Positions 62,269 through 64,000 of a stretch of DNA of 64,000 nt are shown in pieces; positions within the stretch are counted from its first letter, which is position 1; every line of letters starts with the position of its first letter. The stretch spans positions 62,001-126,000 of the forward strand of contig OY253670.1 of NCBI GenBank assembly GCA_958009085.1. The letters run 5' to 3'. A program made the translations under genes and the position numbers. The notes under the pieces are model-generated. The model saw only the letters and a program-made list of their open reading frames with translations, was not told the origin of the DNA and made no database searches. The DNA comes from Protoeuglena noctilucae (taxonomy: Eukaryota).

Positions 62269-64000
62269 CTGCAGCCGCGACTGCCCCACCGCGCCCCTCC
62301 GAGGCGAGTCCGCCGTTGATTCTTCCCGAGCAAAGCTGCCCCGGAAGTCACCCCGCCCGCTCCACACCATCGTGCTCTCCCCGCTGCCACGCCCCACGCT
62401 CCCACTGCGGACGTCCCCCCTCCGCTCTGTCCCGTAACCCCCGCGCCCCTCCGCCCCCACCCCGTAACTCCCCGACTCCCTCTCCCGGCCCTGCGCCCGT
62501 GCAGACGACCCCTGGGGCCCCGAGGGACTCTCCGCCAAGTCACCATTCGCGACCCGTCCCCGCGCCCCACTGCCCGCCTCCCCCGCCGTCCGGTCCACGG
62601 GCCGGTCCGCCGCTCGCGCCGCGCTGGGGCCCGCCGGCTGCTGCGGGGCGCGCCCTGGCGTGGCGCCGTTGGCCTGGGCCTCGGCCCGGGAAGGGGACGG
62701 CTGTAGGAGTGACGACCGCCCCTCCCTCGCAGCCGCCTGCAGGGACGCACATGCATACAGTGAGTAGTACTCACTGTCATGCACCTCACGATATACACCC
62801 TCCGCGCATTCCACGGCGCCATCGACAACCCCACCACACTCGCGCTATGCATGCCCGCTCGCCTTGTCGGCCGCCTGCCGCGAGAAGGCCGGCGCTGCCC
62901 CGGACAGCTCCAGTCGCCGCCTGCGGATGAGCTCCTCGAAGAAATCGTCCAGCGGGTGCTGGCTCTGGGACGCCCCTGTGGTCTCTTGCGTGAAGAGGGG
63001 GTCGCCATCCCCGTCCTCGGTCTCGGTCCATCCGGGGGGCATCGGGGCCACGCGGGCGAACTTGGCCACCTCTAACACGTACGGATCTGAAAAGCCACAA
63101 ACGGGGCGAGGTGTCTTCCGAGTTGGTTGAGGCCACCCCTGCATGCATGCCACCCCGCGTGCCGCGTCAGCCCAAATGCGCCCCTCGCCTTCGCCTGGGT
63201 CCAATTCCAGGTAGTCGTACATGGCGGCTAACTCATCGGGAACCGGCGCCGATCGTTGCAGCTCCTTCTGAGGATAGGCAAGGCAGCGATGGAAGAGGTC
63301 GCGTATAGCAGCGACCGATGCGGCTTCCCGGGTGAGCTTTGCAGAGCTTTGGGAGGTTTGCATGGTTACAAAACTCGCCTTGACCTGATCCCAGCCGTCA
63401 CGCTCCATGTAGAGCGCCATGCGATAGAAGGGCATGTTGGGATGCTCCCACACGGACTTTCCCGTGCCCGCTTTGGCGTAGAAGTGCCGGCCCGAGTCGG
63501 CGTGGAGGTACATGGACCACCCCGGGGGAAGCGTGGCCTCGTTTGCCATGTCCCGGGCGATCCACAGCAGATCCGCGTCGGCATCCTGCGCGGAGGGGGG
63601 CACGCAAGCGGGTCGCACGTGCCGGGTTCGCAGCGCGTGCGGGGAAGCCAGGGAAGCAACGCCTGACTCCTCCGGCTCCTTCGCAAAACTATAATGCATG
63701 CAATGGCGCCAGCAGCGGAGTGAAACATGCCGGTGCCGGTGCCCCGCGCGGGGACAAAGACAGCATGAGGCCTGCCACCGCGGAGCAGCGTCGAGGAGGA
63801 GGCGGAGCAGCTCCTGGCAGTCAGGTCAACAAAAGCGGTATACATGGACATTGCTCGCACAGCCATTCGCCCGAAAGGTGCGCGCGCCGGGCCAAAGCGT
63901 GGTGTTGTTGCGAGCAGTGCGAGGGCAGCGGGACACGACTCGCGTGGGACCGCGGGCGCAAGCCGCAGTCACCGGGTCGATGCCGAGCTCCTTGCACGTC
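62269..64000 (-). CDS. CEP164-like WW-domain exons (at least 2 modules), 5' end outside window
   Basis: ELGIDP|DADADLLWIARDMANEATLPPGWSMY...FY...SVWEHP and YLELDPGE|DPYVLEVAKFARVAPMPPGW...SQHPLDDFF resemble the CEP164 N-terminal helical+WW module. Confidence 0.75.

Overview
GC-rich, intron-dense nuclear DNA from a flagellated green alga (chlorophyte-type). The assignment rests on plastid-targeted PetF, MenA and CURT1, ciliary IFT46, and PLATZ and RWP-RK transcription factors. About 24 spliced protein genes are tightly packed, many head-to-head, with two 200-N assembly gaps. Gene models were spliced by eye, so start and exon coordinates are approximate. No rRNA, tRNA, CRISPR or recognisable transposase was seen. 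Most notable: (1) a RING-like finger followed by three tandem kinase domains in a kinase-pseudokinase-kinase pattern, spliceable as one gene apart from one out-of-phase junction; (2) a very high share of non-canonical GC-AG introns (about 30 placed); (3) a probable in-frame fusion of CEP164-like WW modules to a kinesin-7-like motor; (4) an LRR + EF-hand + TPPP/p25-alpha protein; (5) repeated intronic duplicates of neighbouring exon ends with their splice sites.
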